DNA of 64,000 nucleotides from contig DASZLC010000119.1 in assembly GCA_035552615.1 (NCBI GenBank), positions 24,046 to 88,045 of the forward strand, written 5' to 3'. The notes beneath the pieces were generated by a model. That model saw only the letters and a list, made by a program, of their open reading frames with translations, was not told the DNA's origin and did not search any database. This stretch comes from Solirubrobacteraceae bacterium (lineage in GTDB: Bacteria; Actinomycetota; Thermoleophilia; Solirubrobacterales; Solirubrobacteraceae). The position numbers and the translations under genes were made by a program. This document shows, one piece after another, positions 30,638 through 40,300 of the stretch; the first letter of the stretch is position 1, and every line of letters starts with the position of its first letter.

Positions 30638-31587
30638 CGCGCCGCCTCCGTGGCCCGCGGGTTCACGAGCGGGGTCAGGGTCTGTTCCAGGTGCGCGCGG
30701 AGGTGCTCGTGCATCTTCGGCAGGCGCAGCGCCTCACCGAGATGGTCGGGGTCCTCGTCGACGGCGAACCCCGGCGACAGCGTGGCGATCTCGAACAGCA
30801 CCCCGCGCGGCTCGCGGAAGTAGATCGAGCGGAAGTAGTCGCGATCGAGGACCTCCGTGACGTGACCGCCGGCCGCCAGGACGCGCTCGCGCCAGGCCAG
30901 ATGGTCCTGATCGCGCGACGCCCAGGCGATGTGGTGGACGCTGCCCGCTCCCTGCAGTCCGTGATCCCCCGGCGCCGGGTCGTGGGCCCAGTGGAAATGA
31001 CGGTGATCGCCGGTCAGGCGGTAGCCGCCCGCGCCCTCGAACGTGAAGCCGAGCGTGTCGGTCAGCACCTTCTCCTCGACGGGCGCATACGAGCTGTAGG
31101 CGCGCGCGCCCTCTGCTCCGGTGATGGCGAACTCGGCCGGGATCTCCGGATGAACGGCGCGCAGCGGCCGGTTGCCGTCGGTCGCGACGACCAGCTCGAG
31201 CGACAAGCCGTCGTAATCCTCGAACCCCCGCGCCGCCACCGCCATGGCGGAACCGAGCCTCGTGCCGACCTCCCGGGAGGAGTAGCCCTTGAGTTCGAGC
31301 CGCTCACCCCACCAATCGAGCGCCGCCTCCGATGGCACGCCGAGCTGGAGCGCGTGGATCTGCCCCGCGCCCGCACGGCCGCGCGCGGCGCCGGGGAACT
31401 CGAACCAGGTGAGGATTGAGCCCGGCGCCCCCTGCTCGTCGCCGAAGTACAGGTGGTAGGCCTCGGGCTGGTCGAAGTTGACCGTCTGCTTCACCAGCCG
31501 CAGCCCCAAGACGCCGGCGTAGAAGTCGACGTTCCGCTGCGCGTCGCCGGTGATCATCGTGATGTGGTGGAGTCCGTCGAGCTTCAT
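30634..31587 (-). CDS. Ring-cleaving dioxygenase-like VOC protein (MhqO/MhqA type)
   Basis: GLHHIT, LGLRLVKQTVNFD, YHLYFGD, GSVHHIAW, DRDYFRSIYFREP.GVLFEIAT. Confidence 0.9.
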   Translation of the reverse strand: MKLDGLHHITMITGDAQRNVDFYAGVLGLRLVKQTVNFDQPEAYHLYFGDEQGAPGSILTWFEFPGAARGRAGAGQIHALQLGVPSEAALDWWGERLELKGYSSREVGTRLGSAMAVAARGFEDYDGLSLELVVATDGNRPLRAVHPEIPAEFAITGAEGARAYSSYAPVEEKVLTDTLGFTFEGAGGYRLTGDHRHFHWAHDPAPGDHGLQGAGSVHHIAWASRDQDHLAWRERVLAAGGHVTEVLDRDYFRSIYFREPRGVLFEIATLSPGFAVDEDPDHLGEALRLPKMHEHLRAHLEQTLTPLVNPRATEAAR

Positions 31588-31631
31588 CGAGTGACCTCGG
31601 AAAGTGGAGGATTGCAAGTGAGCCGGTGCGC

Positions 31632-31650
31632 TATACTTGCTAGGGCAACA
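31632..31650. promoter_or_regulatory. -10 box plus candidate MarR operator
   Basis: TATACT immediately followed by the TTGC-TAGG-GCAA dyad in the divergent VOC/MarR gap. Confidence 0.5.
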
Positions 31651-32196
31651 ATGGCCGTATCAATCTCATCATCCTCCGACAGCACAGAGCGCACATGTTC
31701 GTTCGTGATCGGCGATGATGGGCTGGCCCGCTGGTCAGACGTTCACCGTGACGCCTGGATCGGGCTGCTGGAGACGCACAAGCGGCTGACGCGAGCGCTC
31801 GACGCCGAGCTCGACTCCCGTCACGACCTCAGCCTCAGCGCGCTGGAGGTTCTCGGTCGGCTGGCCGCCGCCGACGGCCGCTGCTTGCGGCTCTCCCAGC
31901 TGGCCGTCGAGAGCGGCCTCAGCCTCAGCCGCATCTCGCGAATCGTCGACGCCCTGGAGCGGCGCGAGCTCGTCAGACGCCAGCCGTGCGCCGCCGACGC
32001 CCGGGCCGTCGAGGCGCTGTTGACCGACGCCGGGCTGGCGCTGGCGCGGAGCGCCCAGGCGACGCACTTCGCGTCGGTCAACGAGCGCTTCTTCGCGCAG
32101 CTGAGCCCCACCGAGCTGACGACGCTATCGACCGTGTTCGCGCGCTTCGCGCCCCGCGCCGCCGAGGCCTGCACGGCCGACGAACCAGGGCGTTAG
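31651..32196 (+). CDS. MarR family regulator
   Basis: AWIGLL..HKRL..ALD.EL, LSQLA....LSLSRISRIVDALERRELV.R..C.ADAR...LTDAG; ATG 31696 is an alternative start. Confidence 0.9.
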   Translation: MAVSISSSSDSTERTCSFVIGDDGLARWSDVHRDAWIGLLETHKRLTRALDAELDSRHDLSLSALEVLGRLAAADGRCLRLSQLAVESGLSLSRISRIVDALERRELVRRQPCAADARAVEALLTDAGLALARSAQATHFASVNERFFAQLSPTELTTLSTVFARFAPRAAEACTADEPGR

Positions 32197-32200
32197 TTAG

Positions 32201-33466
32201 CTACGTCGCGTCGAGGGCCTGCTCGCGCCCGCGGCGGCGCAGGGTCGCGGCGATCCAGGCGGCGAGGGCCACGAGCAGCGCGAGCGGCACCAGCACGGCA
32301 AGCGCGATCAGCGCGACGCCGGCGACGACGACCAGCACGCGGCCGGCGTCGTGGACGGCACGATGCAGCGTGAACCCGCCACCGGACGACGTGCCAAGCG
32401 GCACGGGAACCGGCCCGGAGTTGATGGTCAGGTCGATCTGGCTGAGGTTGACCTTCTTGTTCAGCGAGTCGAGCGTGCGTTCGTCGCCGGCGATCGTGGC
32501 CTCGGCGTCATGGATCCGCGCGTTCAGGCTGTCGATCTGCTGCTGGGTGACGGCCGCGGCCAGCTGCTTCAGCAGCGAGGTGCGCAGCGCGCGCGCGTCG
32601 CGCAGGGCGCGCACATCATTCACGTACTGGTCGTTCACGTCCTGGCTGATGTCGGTGCGCTGCGAGACGGTGGCGAAGCGCAGCGACGACAGCCGGGTCA
32701 TCGTCTCCCCGAGGTTGGCGTTCGGGACGCTGAGCTGGATGTCGGCGTAGCCGCCGGCGCCGCTGGTCACGTTCGAGTGCTCGACGATGCCGTTCTCGGT
32801 ACCGATCGCGTCGAACGCCTCCTGGGCGACGGCGTCGATCCGGGCCGGCGCGACGGTCAGGGCCAGCTGGGCCGACTGGACCGTCTTGCGGCCGTTCTGA
32901 TGCGGCTGAACGCTGGAGGCCAATGGGCCGAGCGTGGCCGTCGCGGGCGGCGATGCCGTCTTGGCCGAGGGGGTCGTGGCCGCCGGGGCCGCAGCGGCGT
33001 TAGGCGTCAGCGCGCCTGCTGCCGGCGCGCTCGCCGCGGAGCTGCTCGTCGCGGTGGTGCTAGTCGCGGTGGTGCTCGCCGCCACGTTCTGGGGCGCCTT
33101 CACGAGGCCGTCGAGGGGCCTCGGACGGCTCGCGTGGCCGCTGCTCAGCACGACCACGGCGACGATCGCCGCCGTCAGCGCGGTGGCCAGGGCGCCCGCC
33201 GCCGGCCACAGCCGGGAGCGTGCGCGGGCGCGAAGGCCCGACGTGGCGCCCGAGCTCGACGCGGGGGCGAACCGGCGCGCCGCCCGCTCGTCGAGCTCAG
33301 CGGCAAACCCGGGACGCACGGCGGGGCGCTCGGCGCGCACCAGCAGCGCCAGCTCGGCGATCTCGGCGAACGCCGGGTCGACGGGGTCGCCGGCCAGCGT
33401 GGCGTCGATCGCGTCCAACTGGGCGGCGATCTCGGGGTCGAGCGGGAGCTCGTCACGCTGTCGCAT
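32201..33466 (-). CDS. DUF4349-like membrane protein, probable anti-sigma factor
   Basis: Cytoplasmic N-terminus, TM helix, Ala/Thr/Pro linker, LSVP...SQDVNDQY.. coiled coil, C-terminal TM; overlaps the ECF stop. Confidence 0.75.
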   Translation of the reverse strand: MRQRDELPLDPEIAAQLDAIDATLAGDPVDPAFAEIAELALLVRAERPAVRPGFAAELDERAARRFAPASSSGATSGLRARARSRLWPAAGALATALTAAIVAVVVLSSGHASRPRPLDGLVKAPQNVAASTTATSTTATSSSAASAPAAGALTPNAAAAPAATTPSAKTASPPATATLGPLASSVQPHQNGRKTVQSAQLALTVAPARIDAVAQEAFDAIGTENGIVEHSNVTSGAGGYADIQLSVPNANLGETMTRLSSLRFATVSQRTDISQDVNDQYVNDVRALRDARALRTSLLKQLAAAVTQQQIDSLNARIHDAEATIAGDERTLDSLNKKVNLSQIDLTINSGPVPVPLGTSSGGGFTLHRAVHDAGRVLVVVAGVALIALAVLVPLALLVALAAWIAATLRRRGREQALDAT

Positions 33467-33980
33467 TGCACGCCTTCCTCAGCTTCTCGATCGCGCGGTG
33501 GAGCATCGTGCCGGCGTTCGACTCGCTGACGCCGAGCAGCTTGGCCAGCTCGCCGTTGGTCAGCCCGGCGTGGAACTTCAGCGCGATCAGCTCGCGGTCG
33601 CGCGCGGCCATCGTCCCGAGCGCGACCCGGACGGCCGTCCGGCGCAGGGCGACCTCGGCGTCGTCCTCGACGGTCGGCGTCTCCGCCTCGGGGTCGGCGA
33701 GCAGTGGGGCGACACGCCGGCGGCGGCGCAGCTCGTCGAGCGCGGCGTTGCGGGCGATCCCGAACAACCACGCGCGTTCCTCGCCGCGGCGGCGATCGAA
33801 GCTCCGGCGCCGCCGGTAGGCCCGCTCGAAGGCGAGCGCCGTCACATCCTCGGCGGCCGCCGGATCGCGCAGCAGGGTGCACACGTAGGCGAACACGTCA
33901 TCCCGGCTGGAGCGGTACAGCTCTTCGAAGCGCGCCCACGACGCGGTCTCGCCACCCGGAGAGCTCGGACTCTCGATCAC
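33453..33980 (-). CDS. ECF RNA polymerase sigma factor
   Basis: FEELYR, AAEDVT..AF, AWLFGIARNAALDELRR, RELIALKF..GL..GELA..LG; GTG 33980 preferred, ATG 34010 alternative. Confidence 0.92.
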   Translation of the reverse strand: MIESPSSPGGETASWARFEELYRSSRDDVFAYVCTLLRDPAAAEDVTALAFERAYRRRRSFDRRRGEERAWLFGIARNAALDELRRRRRVAPLLADPEAETPTVEDDAEVALRRTAVRVALGTMAARDRELIALKFHAGLTNGELAKLLGVSESNAGTMLHRAIEKLRKACNATA

Positions 33981-33985
33981 ATCAC

Positions 33986-34013
33986 CACTACGCCGGCCCC
34001 GGCGATCCATCAC
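33986..34013 (-). promoter_or_regulatory. Candidate autoregulatory ECF promoter
   Basis: Minus strand GTGATG-N15-CGTAGTG, with CGTAGT 6 nt before GTG 33980. Confidence 0.55.
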
Positions 34014-34028
34014 AGTATGTTCCTCGTC

Positions 34029-34559
34029 GTGTTGCGGTCCCGCATCGTCATCCCCCTCGGCCTCGTCGCGACGGCCGCCGCCGCGCCCGCCATCGGCGCG
34101 AGTGCGTCCGCCGCGCCGCCGACGGCGTCCGCCTTTCGGGCCGCCGTGGCGAAGGCCGAGCGCTCGCGCGGGCTGTGGGCGACGGTGAACATCTGCAACA
34201 CGAAGAAGCATCGGAACATGATCGGAATCCGGGGCCAGATCCCCGCCCTGGGGTTCCGGTCGACGATGAAGATGGTCGTCGAGCTCGAGTACTACTCGGT
34301 CGTGTCGGGTCGGTTCAAGCCGGTGCCCCACTCGAAATCGACGGCCGGCGCCGGAACGGCGTCTAGCGGCTTTCGCCAGGAGGGCGTCAGCTTCAGGGTC
34401 ACGCCGCCCGCCGTGCTCAGCGCGACGATCGCCTTCACCTGGCGCGTGAACGCACACCTGGTGGCGACGACGACGCGCCGGACGCGCCAGGGGATCATCG
34501 GTGTGCAGCAGTCCGACCCGGCCGGGTACAGCGCCGCCGACTGCCGCATCGGCGAGTAG
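34029..34559 (+). CDS. Secreted hypothetical protein
   Basis: Signal peptide ending A-S-A; LWATVNIC and terminal ADCRI cysteines; start 34017 or 34029. Confidence 0.7.
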   Translation: MLRSRIVIPLGLVATAAAAPAIGASASAAPPTASAFRAAVAKAERSRGLWATVNICNTKKHRNMIGIRGQIPALGFRSTMKMVVELEYYSVVSGRFKPVPHSKSTAGAGTASSGFRQEGVSFRVTPPAVLSATIAFTWRVNAHLVATTTRRTRQGIIGVQQSDPAGYSAADCRIGE

Positions 34560-34583
34560 GCGACTCACTAGCGTCCCCGGGCG

Positions 34584-35759
34584 ATGAGCTCGAGCGCGTA
34601 CCGCGAGCTGTTCCGCGATGCCGCCGTTCCGTGGGAGGCGCTGACCGGCCTGCTGGCTCAGGTCAGCCAGGGCGGCGCCGGAATCGGGCTGATCCTCGTG
34701 ATCCGCGCCCACGGCGGGTCCTACGTGCTGGCCGGCAGCGTCGTCGGCGCGCTGAACGTCGCGGCCGGCGTGATTCGCCCGATCCAGGGCCGGCTGATCG
34801 ACCGCCGCGGCGCGGGGCCGCTGATGGCGACGTGCGGGGTCGTGCATCCGGCGGCGCTGGCCGGCATCGTCGCCCTGGCCCAGCTGCGCGCGCCCGGTGT
34901 CGCGCTGCTGGCGCTCGGCGTCGTGGCCGGCGCCGCCCTGCCGCCGCTGTCGACGAGCATGCGAGTGACCTGGGGGACGGTGCTGCCCGACGCCGAGCGC
35001 ACCGCCGCCTACAGCCTGGTGTACCTGACCCAGGAGCTGGCGATCCTCACCGGTCCGCTGATCGTGTCGGTGTGCCTGGAGGTGGCGAACGCGTCGGTGG
35101 CGGTGCTGGCGCTGGCCGCGGTGACGGCCGGTGGGACGTTCGGGTTCGCCGTGCTCGCCGGCCGCCGCCACGCCACCCGGGCGCCGCGGGCGCCGGTGCC
35201 CGCCGGCGGGGTGTGGCGCTCCCCACCGCTCCGCACGCTGATCGCGATCTCGGCGCTGATCGGAGCGGTCGTCGGATCGCTGGAGGTGGCCGTGCCGACC
35301 ACGGCCACGGCCCACCACGCCTCGGCCGCCACCGGGCTGCTGATCGCCGCGCTGGCCGTCGGCGGCATCGCCGGCGCCGCGCTGTACGGCAGCCGTCGCT
35401 GGCCGAGCTCCCCCGGGCTGCGCCTGTGCGCCCTGCTCGCCGCCCTGACCGCGCTGCTGGCGGCGGTTGTGCCCGTCGGGAGCCTCGTGATCCTCGGCGT
35501 GCTGCTGCTGGCGGCCGGCGGCGTGCTGAACCCGGCGCTGACCACTGGCTCGCTGCTCGTCGACGACCACGTCGCGCCGGCGGCCGCGGCCGAGGCGTTC
35601 GGCTGGCTGTCGTTCGGGATCGCCGGCGGCCAGGGCGCCGCCAACGCGATCGCCGGGGCGCTCACCCATGCCGGGCACGCGACGGACGCCTTTCTGTTGG
35701 CCGCGCTGGCCGCGGGCGCGGCCGCGCTGCTGGCCGCCGGGCGAGCGTCCCGCGCCTAG
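34584..35759 (+). CDS. MFS transporter
   Basis: About 12 hydrophobic helices; GRLIDRRG motif A. Confidence 0.88.
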   Translation: MSSSAYRELFRDAAVPWEALTGLLAQVSQGGAGIGLILVIRAHGGSYVLAGSVVGALNVAAGVIRPIQGRLIDRRGAGPLMATCGVVHPAALAGIVALAQLRAPGVALLALGVVAGAALPPLSTSMRVTWGTVLPDAERTAAYSLVYLTQELAILTGPLIVSVCLEVANASVAVLALAAVTAGGTFGFAVLAGRRHATRAPRAPVPAGGVWRSPPLRTLIAISALIGAVVGSLEVAVPTTATAHHASAATGLLIAALAVGGIAGAALYGSRRWPSSPGLRLCALLAALTALLAAVVPVGSLVILGVLLLAAGGVLNPALTTGSLLVDDHVAPAAAAEAFGWLSFGIAGGQGAANAIAGALTHAGHATDAFLLAALAAGAAALLAAGRASRA

Positions 35760-35814
35760 TGTCGCGTGTCGCGTCGAGCCCGGCACCCGGCTCCCGGTCA
35801 GGCGGGCCGCTGCT

Positions 35815-36576
35815 CTAGGCGGGTGCCGTGAACAGCCGCGGGTCGTTCGTGATCACGCCGTCGACGCCGAGCTCCTGGAGCGCGCGGATGCGCGGCAGCT
35901 CGTCGACGGTCCAGACGTACAGCTCGCCGCCGGCGGCGCGCACGCTGGCGACAAGCGCGGGGCTCACGAGGCGCCAGTGGGCCATCAGGGCGTCGCAGCG
36001 GCCGCTGCGGATCGCCCGCCCGGCGAGGGTCGGGAGCGCCGCCCGCAGCGAGTAGAGCCCGATCATCGTCGCCGGCAGCAGCGCCGGGTACTGGAACGGG
36101 TCCCGCCGGAGCTTGGGAACCGACCAGCCGAGACGGACGCTCGGCTCGGCGTGTCGGATCACGGCCAGGCTGTGCCGGTACTGGCTGGACACCAGCGCGC
36201 GCCCGACGAGGTCGTGGCGGCGCAGCGCGTCGAGCACGCGCAGCTCGTAGCCGGGGAGCTTCAGATCGATGTCGAGCTCGACCTCGGAGAACCGCTCGGA
36301 GGCGAGGTGCGCCAGCCCTTCCTCCAGCGTGTGCGGCGCCCGCGAGCTGGCGTCCTTCCAGTCATGGGCAAGGATCAGCCGCTCCTGCGGCCAGGTCCGG
36401 CGCTCGGCCCGGCGCACGGGGATCGAGCGCCAATCGGCGGGCGGCTCGACCAGCACGTCGAACTCGATCATGTCGACGCCGGCCGCCAGGGCGGCGTCGA
36501 AGCTGGCATGGGTGTTGCCGGGGGCGATCAGATCGGCGCCCTTGTGGCCGACCCTCCGCAATATGCGCTCGCTCAT
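35815..36576 (-). CDS. Glycerophosphodiester phosphodiesterase family protein (divergent motifs)
   Basis: GHKG...PGNT..SF..A, IEFDV, AHD, VWTVD, GVDGVITNDP. Confidence 0.85.
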   Translation of the reverse strand: MSERILRRVGHKGADLIAPGNTHASFDAALAAGVDMIEFDVLVEPPADWRSIPVRRAERRTWPQERLILAHDWKDASSRAPHTLEEGLAHLASERFSEVELDIDLKLPGYELRVLDALRRHDLVGRALVSSQYRHSLAVIRHAEPSVRLGWSVPKLRRDPFQYPALLPATMIGLYSLRAALPTLAGRAIRSGRCDALMAHWRLVSPALVASVRAAGGELYVWTVDELPRIRALQELGVDGVITNDPRLFTAPA

Positions 36577-36579
36577 GCG

Positions 36580-37377
36580 TTAATGCTGACAGCCGGGGCA
36601 CCAGTAGGTCATCCGTGCCCCCTCGCCCTGCCCGCGCGAGCGGATCGCCGTGCCGCACCGCGGGCACGGCCGCCCGACCTTCCGGTACACCTGCTCGCGC
36701 GCGTAGCGCGGGCCCTGCGTCCCCGACGCGAGCATCCGCGGACGGGTGCCGTCGATGACGGCCACCGCCTCGGCGTCCGTGACGTCACCGACCGCGCGCC
36801 ACGGATCGATGCGCGCCTCCCAGCACCCCTCGGCCTTCCAGATGTTCCCGATCCCCGAGACGGTGCGCTGGTCGAGCAGGGCGTCGCCGATCGGTCGGGT
36901 CGGATCGTCTCCCCGCAGCCGCGCCAGGAAGCGGTCGTAGTCGAAGGACGCGGCCAGCACGTCGGGGCCGAGGCCGGCCAGCCGCTGGTCGAAGCGCGCT
37001 CGCCCGGCGGTGACGAGGTCCAGCACGGGACCGTCGAACTGGACGACGTCGGTACCCGCCCGCGTCATCACGAGCCAGGCGCGACCGGGCGAGCGCTGCC
37101 AGCGGCGCCCGGGCGGGTAGACGCCCCACGCCCCGGTCATGCGCAGATGCGAGTGCAGCACGAGGTCGCCCTCGAACCGGATCAGGAGGTTCTTGCCATG
37201 GGTGTCGATCCGCTCGATCGGGCGTCCCTGCAGCCGCTGCGGCCAGCGCTCGCGCCCAGGCGAGCCGCGCAGGGCACTCGCCGAGCCGGCCGGCATCGTC
37301 ACCGCGTCGGGCACCTGGCCCGCCAGCACCGGGCGCATCCGCGTCGCCGCCCACAGGATCGTGTCGCCCTCGGGCAC
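36580..37377 (-). CDS. nei: Fpg/Nei family DNA glycosylase/AP lyase
   Basis: N-terminal PEGD, GKNL, SHLRMTG.W, LLDQ..VSGIGN, CPRC...CPGCQ zinc finger. Confidence 0.92.
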   Translation of the reverse strand: MPEGDTILWAATRMRPVLAGQVPDAVTMPAGSASALRGSPGRERWPQRLQGRPIERIDTHGKNLLIRFEGDLVLHSHLRMTGAWGVYPPGRRWQRSPGRAWLVMTRAGTDVVQFDGPVLDLVTAGRARFDQRLAGLGPDVLAASFDYDRFLARLRGDDPTRPIGDALLDQRTVSGIGNIWKAEGCWEARIDPWRAVGDVTDAEAVAVIDGTRPRMLASGTQGPRYAREQVYRKVGRPCPRCGTAIRSRGQGEGARMTYWCPGCQH

Positions 37378-37384
37378 CGCGCCG

Positions 37385-40300
37385 TTACGCGCTGAGGGTC
37401 ATCCGGCGGGGACCCTCCTGGAACCCGACCGCGGTCAGCAGCGGAGCCAGCGACGAACCCATCGCCGGCTCGCCGTCGATCTTCTCCAGCGCAACGCGCT
37501 TGATCCGCCCGCGGGTCACCTCGGCCGCGAGAGCGCCGAGCGCGCGGTGCAGGCGCTCATCGTCGCGGGCCACAAGGGTCAGCAGGCCCTTGCCGCCACG
37601 CTCCAGGTAGATGATCGGCTCGCCGGCGACGAGCACGACGTACGCCCCGGCGCTCCGTGCGGGGGTGCGCTGCCCCTCGATCCGGGTGGGCCACGGGAGG
37701 ACGCCGCCGTAGGGCTGCGCCGGATCGACCGCCGACAGCACGAGGCCCGGCTCGTCGAGGCCCGGCGCGGAGCGCAGCCGCTCAACCGCGCCCGGCAGCG
37801 CGAACTGAGCCCCGCCGAGCCCCTCGACGAAGTAGCCGCGCCGCGCGATCCCCAGCGTCTCCAGCTGCGTCAGCTCCGAGTAGATCGACGCGAAGCCGCC
37901 GGCGATGCCTTCGGCCAGCACCTGCTCGCGGGTGAGGACGCCGTAGCGCTCCAGCAGCAGCTCGGCGATGGCGCGCCGGCGCGCGCTCGGATCGGCGTCG
38001 GCGGCGGCGAACAGCGAGGTTGTCAGCGACCAGCGGCCCTGAACCTGTGGGGCCGCTCCGCCACGCCGGCCCCGGGCGGCGAACCGGCCGGCGCGTGGTC
38101 GATTTCCAGCGGCGCGCTGGGCGCGGGTGAGCGTCAGCCGCGGCGCCCGCAACGGCGCAAACGCGTCGTTCGTGATCTCGCCCGCCCACACGAGATCCCA
38201 CAGCGCCTCCTGCATCTGCTCGGGCGCGAGCGCGACATCGACGAGCAGGTCGGTGAAGAAACACGCCCCGACCGCCAGGCGAGCGCGCACGGCGGCGTGG
38301 GCGTCGGACGTCGTGTCGATCGCGCTCCTGGCCGGCGGCGCTCCGAGGGCGGCGGCGTCGTCACGGAAGTACAGCGCGACGCGACCCGAGTTGCGCCCGA
38401 GCGCGCCGGCGCCCACCCACACGAGCTCGCCCGACGCGCAGAGCTGGTCGATCCACGACGGCGAGTACGCCCCAACGCGGCGCGGCAGCACGTCGCGCTC
38501 CCACACCTCGGGCGGGAGCGGCAGGCCTTGAAGGGGGACGAGCGCCTCGCGCAGGCGGTCGATCCCGGCGCCGCCCGCGGGGTGACGATCGACGTTCTGC
38601 CAGCCGGGCAGGAAGCGAGCGAGGGCCTGTGCGTCGACCGGTTCGATCTCCTGGCGCAGCACGGCCAGCGACGCGCGCCGCAACCGGCGCAGCACGTCGG
38701 GATGGCACCACTCGCGGTCGGAGCCACCCGGGCGCAACTCGCCACGGACGAGCTCGCCGTCGCGCTCCAGCACGGCCAGCGAGGCGCTCATGTCGACGCC
38801 GTAACGCGCGCGTATCTCGGTCGAGGTGAAGGGACCGTGGGTGGTGGCGTAGCGCCGGGCGAGCTTCGTCAGCCCGCCCGTCACGTCCTCCAGGAACGCC
38901 GCCGGCAGCCCGCCCGGCGGCACGACGCCGAGCGCGTCGCGGTACAGGCCGGCGTCGGCGGCGTCGATCCATCGCTCCTCGCTATTCACCCTGACGCGGA
39001 GCGCGCGGCGCTCGGCGCGCAGCGCTTCGAGCATCGCCGCCGCGTCGAGGCCGGGGAGCACACGGCCGGCCGCCTCGGCGTCGGTGAGGTCGCCGAGCAC
39101 GCGGAGGATGTCGTGCAGGGTGTCCTTCCCGGTCGCCTGCCGGTGCTCGGTGAGGAACTGCAGGTCGTTCTCCACCTGTTCCAGCGCGCCCGGGTCGATC
39201 AGGTCGCGCAGCTCGTCCTGGCCGAGCAGCTCGCGCAGCAGGTCGCGGTCGAGCGATAGCGCGGCGGCGCGGCGCTCGGCGTTCGGCGTGTCGCCCTCGT
39301 ACATGTAGGTGGCGACGTAGTCGAACAGCAGGCTGGAGGCGAACGGCGAGGCGGTGGCGGTCTCCACCTCGACCAGCGACAGCTCCCGGCGGTGGAGCTT
39401 CGTCAGCAGTTCCGTCAACCCGGGCAGGTCGAGCACGTCGCGCAGGCACTCGCGGTAGGTCTCGAGGATGATCGGGAACTCGCCGTACTTCTTGGCGACC
39501 TCGAGCAGCGTCTGGGACTTCAGCCGCTGCTGCCACAGCGGCGTCCGCTTGCCGGGGCGGGCGCGCGGGATCAGCAGCGCGCGGGCGGCGTTCTCGCGGA
39601 AGCGCGCGCCGAACAGCGCCGAGGCGCCCAGCTCCGCCACCACCCGATCCTCCAGCTCGTCGGGATCAATCAAAACGATGTCCGCTCCGGGCGGCTCCTC
39701 GGCGTCGGGGAGGTGGACGATGATCCCGTCGTCGGACCAGATCGCGTCGGACTCCAGTCCGAGCTCGTCGCGGATCTTCGCCGACAGCGCCAGGCCCCAG
39801 GCGGCGTGCACGCGGCCGCCGAACGGGCTGAGCACGCACAGCCGCCAGTCGCCGATCTCGTCGCGGAAGCGCTCGATCACGATCGTCGTGTCGGAGGGGA
39901 TGACGCGGGTCGCCGCCTGCTGCTCGGTGAGGTACGCCAGCAGGTTCTTGGCGGCCTTCTCGTCGAGGTCGTAGTCGGCTTGCAATCGCTCGGGCGTCTG
40001 ATCGACAGCCCAGCGGCTGAACGCGCCGATCGCCTCGCCGAGCTCGCGCGGTCGGCCCATCGAGTCGCCCTTCCAGAACGGGACCGCGCCGGGCAGGCCC
40101 GGCGCCGGCGTGACGATCACCCGGTCGCGGCCGATCTCCTCGATCCGCCACGTCGAGGCACCGAGCAGGAATGTCTGGCCCGGCCGCGCCTCATAGACCA
40201 TCTCCTCGTCGAGCTCGCCGACGCGCCGGCCGTCGGGCAGCGTCACCGCGTACAGGCCGCGGTCGGGAATGGTGCCGGCGTTCGTCACGGCCAGCTGGCG

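Noticed and set aside
32930-33090. Ala/Thr/Ser/Pro low-complexity tract
   Set aside because: It is an ordinary extracytoplasmic linker of the DUF4349-like protein, not a DNA repeat array.
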